This document shows, in pieces, positions 62,801-64,000 of a DNA stretch of 64,000 bases. The position numbers were made by a program, and so were the translations under genes. Origin of the DNA: Coleofasciculus chthonoplastes F2-STO-03 (GTDB lineage: Bacteria; Cyanobacteriota; Cyanobacteriia; Cyanobacteriales; Coleofasciculaceae); contig JAVJWO010000040.1 in NCBI GenBank assembly GCA_040222015.1, positions 102,548-166,547 of the forward strand, given 5' to 3'. The stretch's first letter is position 1. Every line of letters starts with the position of its first letter. The notes below the pieces were generated by a model. The model was given only the letters and a program-made list of their open reading frames with translations, had not been told where the DNA came from and did no database searches.

Positions 62801-63642
62801 TGTAGAGTTAGCGATCGCCATTTGAGGACGAGTTCCCACTGTTGTTTTTCTTGTAGTTCCGCCCGCAGTTTTTTGTATTTCTCCGCCTTAATCCGATCCG
62901 CCGCCAAGCGATCGCGTTGAGTGATGAGTTCTTTTTCAATAATCCGACAGCGATCTTCCCGTTCTTTTACTTCATTCAGGGTATCTTTCGTTTGGGTAAT
63001 TTTGCGGTCAAAGGCGGCGACTCCGGCTAATTCATCAATAATCTGCCGCCGTTCCCGTGAGTTCATGGAGATGATCCCAGTGACATCCCCTTGTAACACC
63101 ACATTGTAGCCTTCGGGATAGACTCGCAGGCGGTTGAGCTGTTCGTGCAGTTGAGTCAGCGTGCAGGATTCACCGTTGATATAGTAAGTTGAGGTGTAGG
63201 TGTTTTGCTTCGTCACCCGCAGCCGCCGTGTCACCATCCATTCTGTTGATTGGGGCGTTGAGGGTTGGAAGTTGGGATTGTCTTGCTCTGATGCTTCGGT
63301 TTCCTCTTCCTCGGTTTCTTCATCTGCATCTGATTCCGAGTTTTCCGGTATCTCTTCTACCACAAGAATATCGGGTGCGTCAGATAGGTCAAATGTCACC
63401 GTAACCCTGGCTTCAACCGTACTCCGTCGCTCTTTATTATGATTAACCAGATCAGGTAGACGTTCAGCCCGCATTCCCTTGGAACTGGATAGCCCTAGAC
63501 AAAAGAGGAGAGCATCAAGGATATTGGATTTTCCTGACCCATTAGGTCCTGAAACCACAGTAAATCCGGGCAGCATTGGAATTTGAGTCGTGCCGCCAAA
63601 GGATTTAAAATTAGTGAGTTCCAGGCGCTTAACATGCACCAT
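59851..63642 (-). CDS. smc: Chromosome segregation protein SMC
   Basis: NFKSF, GPNGSGKSN, hinge GRATFLPL/GAMTGG, MSGGEKS, FYAFDEVD. Confidence 0.97.
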   Translation of the reverse strand: MVHVKRLELTNFKSFGGTTQIPMLPGFTVVSGPNGSGKSNILDALLFCLGLSSSKGMRAERLPDLVNHNKERRSTVEARVTVTFDLSDAPDILVVEEIPENSESDADEETEEEETEASEQDNPNFQPSTPQSTEWMVTRRLRVTKQNTYTSTYYINGESCTLTQLHEQLNRLRVYPEGYNVVLQGDVTGIISMNSRERRQIIDELAGVAAFDRKITQTKDTLNEVKEREDRCRIIEKELITQRDRLAADRIKAEKYKKLRAELQEKQQWELVLKWRSLTLQVAHLRSLMEKGEQDERQLSQQLHTIESEISQGTEQLETLNARVKALGEEEQVTVSANLASLDAERRQLQRRQQELIQNLADTEAHQQTTQDEIQHQEQRLQQLQAERHHLDTQIIASRRQEREAAQTALNASREQADAIASASEAWVQQQNTLTRQIETRLQTLNPQRTEQAQLQERHNQLSRQIDEQAQLLERIAPELASKQTQAAELEGQLNAVSQKIQTLAQTLAAAEQDLQTQRQTQTRLLSEQRDKQRQLDKLEAQAQAQQEAQGTYATKIVLQADIPGVHGLVAQLGRVEPDYQLALETAAGGRLGHVVVEDDAVAAVGIELLKQKRAGRATFLPLNKIKPPRFSPIVALRHAQGFIDYAVHLIDCEPRYQTIFAYVFGSTVVFETLSKARPYLGQCRIVTLDGELLESSGAMTGGSSSYRSGLHFGISDTSESAEMMALRSRLQDIEAMLKRCDEWLERESATAKNLTQTLTDARETRSQTQLRLEQSRKDIQALTEQQTQVRSLLAKNTQEVQTAGERLQQLNQDLPAQEYQLQALRQQLAQLEAEQTPQEWQQIQSQIKTQETILGDREQALREAERQLQALENQQQRTNEQLATSYQRIAEYQTQHQSIQEQQAEINRQLEAIDVQIEQTQARLTQLEERLGEAKQERDRVEAILRNQHLNQQKLSWQRQKLQETQVTRQEKLATLQTQLEIQQAELPEPLPDVPLMVETGDREDGEDEGVNQDSDGAGLVPSRSQDNDSSEKSPYTISQITVQLEKLQRDIRNGQKRLEAMEPVNMLALEEYDHTQARLQELSEKLATLEAERTELLLRIENFTTLRLRAFKESFEAINQNFQTIFAELSEGDGHLQLDDADDPFNGGLNLVAHPKGKPVQRLASMSGGEKSLTALSFIFALQRYRPSPFYAFDEVDMFLDGANVERLARMIKQQAKLAQFIVVSLRRPMIESAERTIGVTQARGAYTQVLGLKLGSAKRD

Positions 63643-63674
63643 AGGCGTGGGTCAGTTCAGGTTCGCTGTATAAA

Positions 63675-64000
63675 CTACCCAGACCTGCTATCGCAGAGGT
63701 CTTTTCCTCTCTGGTAGTTACCTGGCTTTAACTCAACTCGCTCTCTACCGTGAACTGTGGAAAGGCTTACCGTCCAGTCGTGTTCACGAAGTCGAAACAA
63801 GTCCTTGTCACAATCGATACTGCTTGGTATAAAGCCTTTAACAGGCTTACCCTTTGAACAGGCAACCTTTCGGTTAGCCGCTACTCTTGCACAAGCTCTG
63901 ACTGCCATATTTGCTACCAAATTGAATTGGCTTTTGATGGTTTGATAAGCCAAAGATTGAATAGCAATTTTGTTGGTCAGTTTTGGATCTGTATGTTCGT
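63675..64000 (-). mobile_element. tnpB: IS200/IS605 TnpB-like gene, N-terminal fragment truncated before RuvC
   Basis: Reading frame runs off the window: EHTDPKLTNKIAIQSLAYQTIKSQFNLVANMAVRACARVAANRK...WTVSLSTVHGRERV..GNYQRGK, then a stop. Confidence 0.7.

Overview
Chromosomal window from a filamentous cyanobacterium. Evidence: frequent HIP1 GCGATCGC sites, kaiABC, STRR-type heptamer repeats and many REP/MITE-like intergenic elements. The overall style suggests an Oscillatoriales mat-former such as Coleofasciculus (inference). Core genes: kaiA-kaiB-kaiC with a divergent hybrid histidine kinase, gltX, tRNA-Asp, dacB, smc, scpB and a PRC-barrel gene. Accessory content: three secreted cellulase-type genes (2x GH9, GH5-CBM2-CBM2); a YprA/MrfA-like DUF1998 helicase with an N-terminal TPR module followed by a C5 DNA methyltransferase; a coupled ParA-ATPase + HEPN nuclease pair with a dead DUF86 HEPN remnant behind it; and a sulfide module (type I sqr divergent from an extra petC, rhodanese, thiol-methyltransferase-like gene and a decayed flavin oxidoreductase cut by an IS4 element). 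There are several deletion-compacted pseudogenes, a PIN toxin gene split by a TA-targeting MITE, REP elements captured in-frame in protein genes, and IS5 and TnpB remnants. The best candidates for an undescribed system are the ParA-HEPN pair, the sqr-petC-rhodanese-methyltransferase module and the TPR-helicase/MTase pair. All family calls come from motif recognition by eye; no searches were run.
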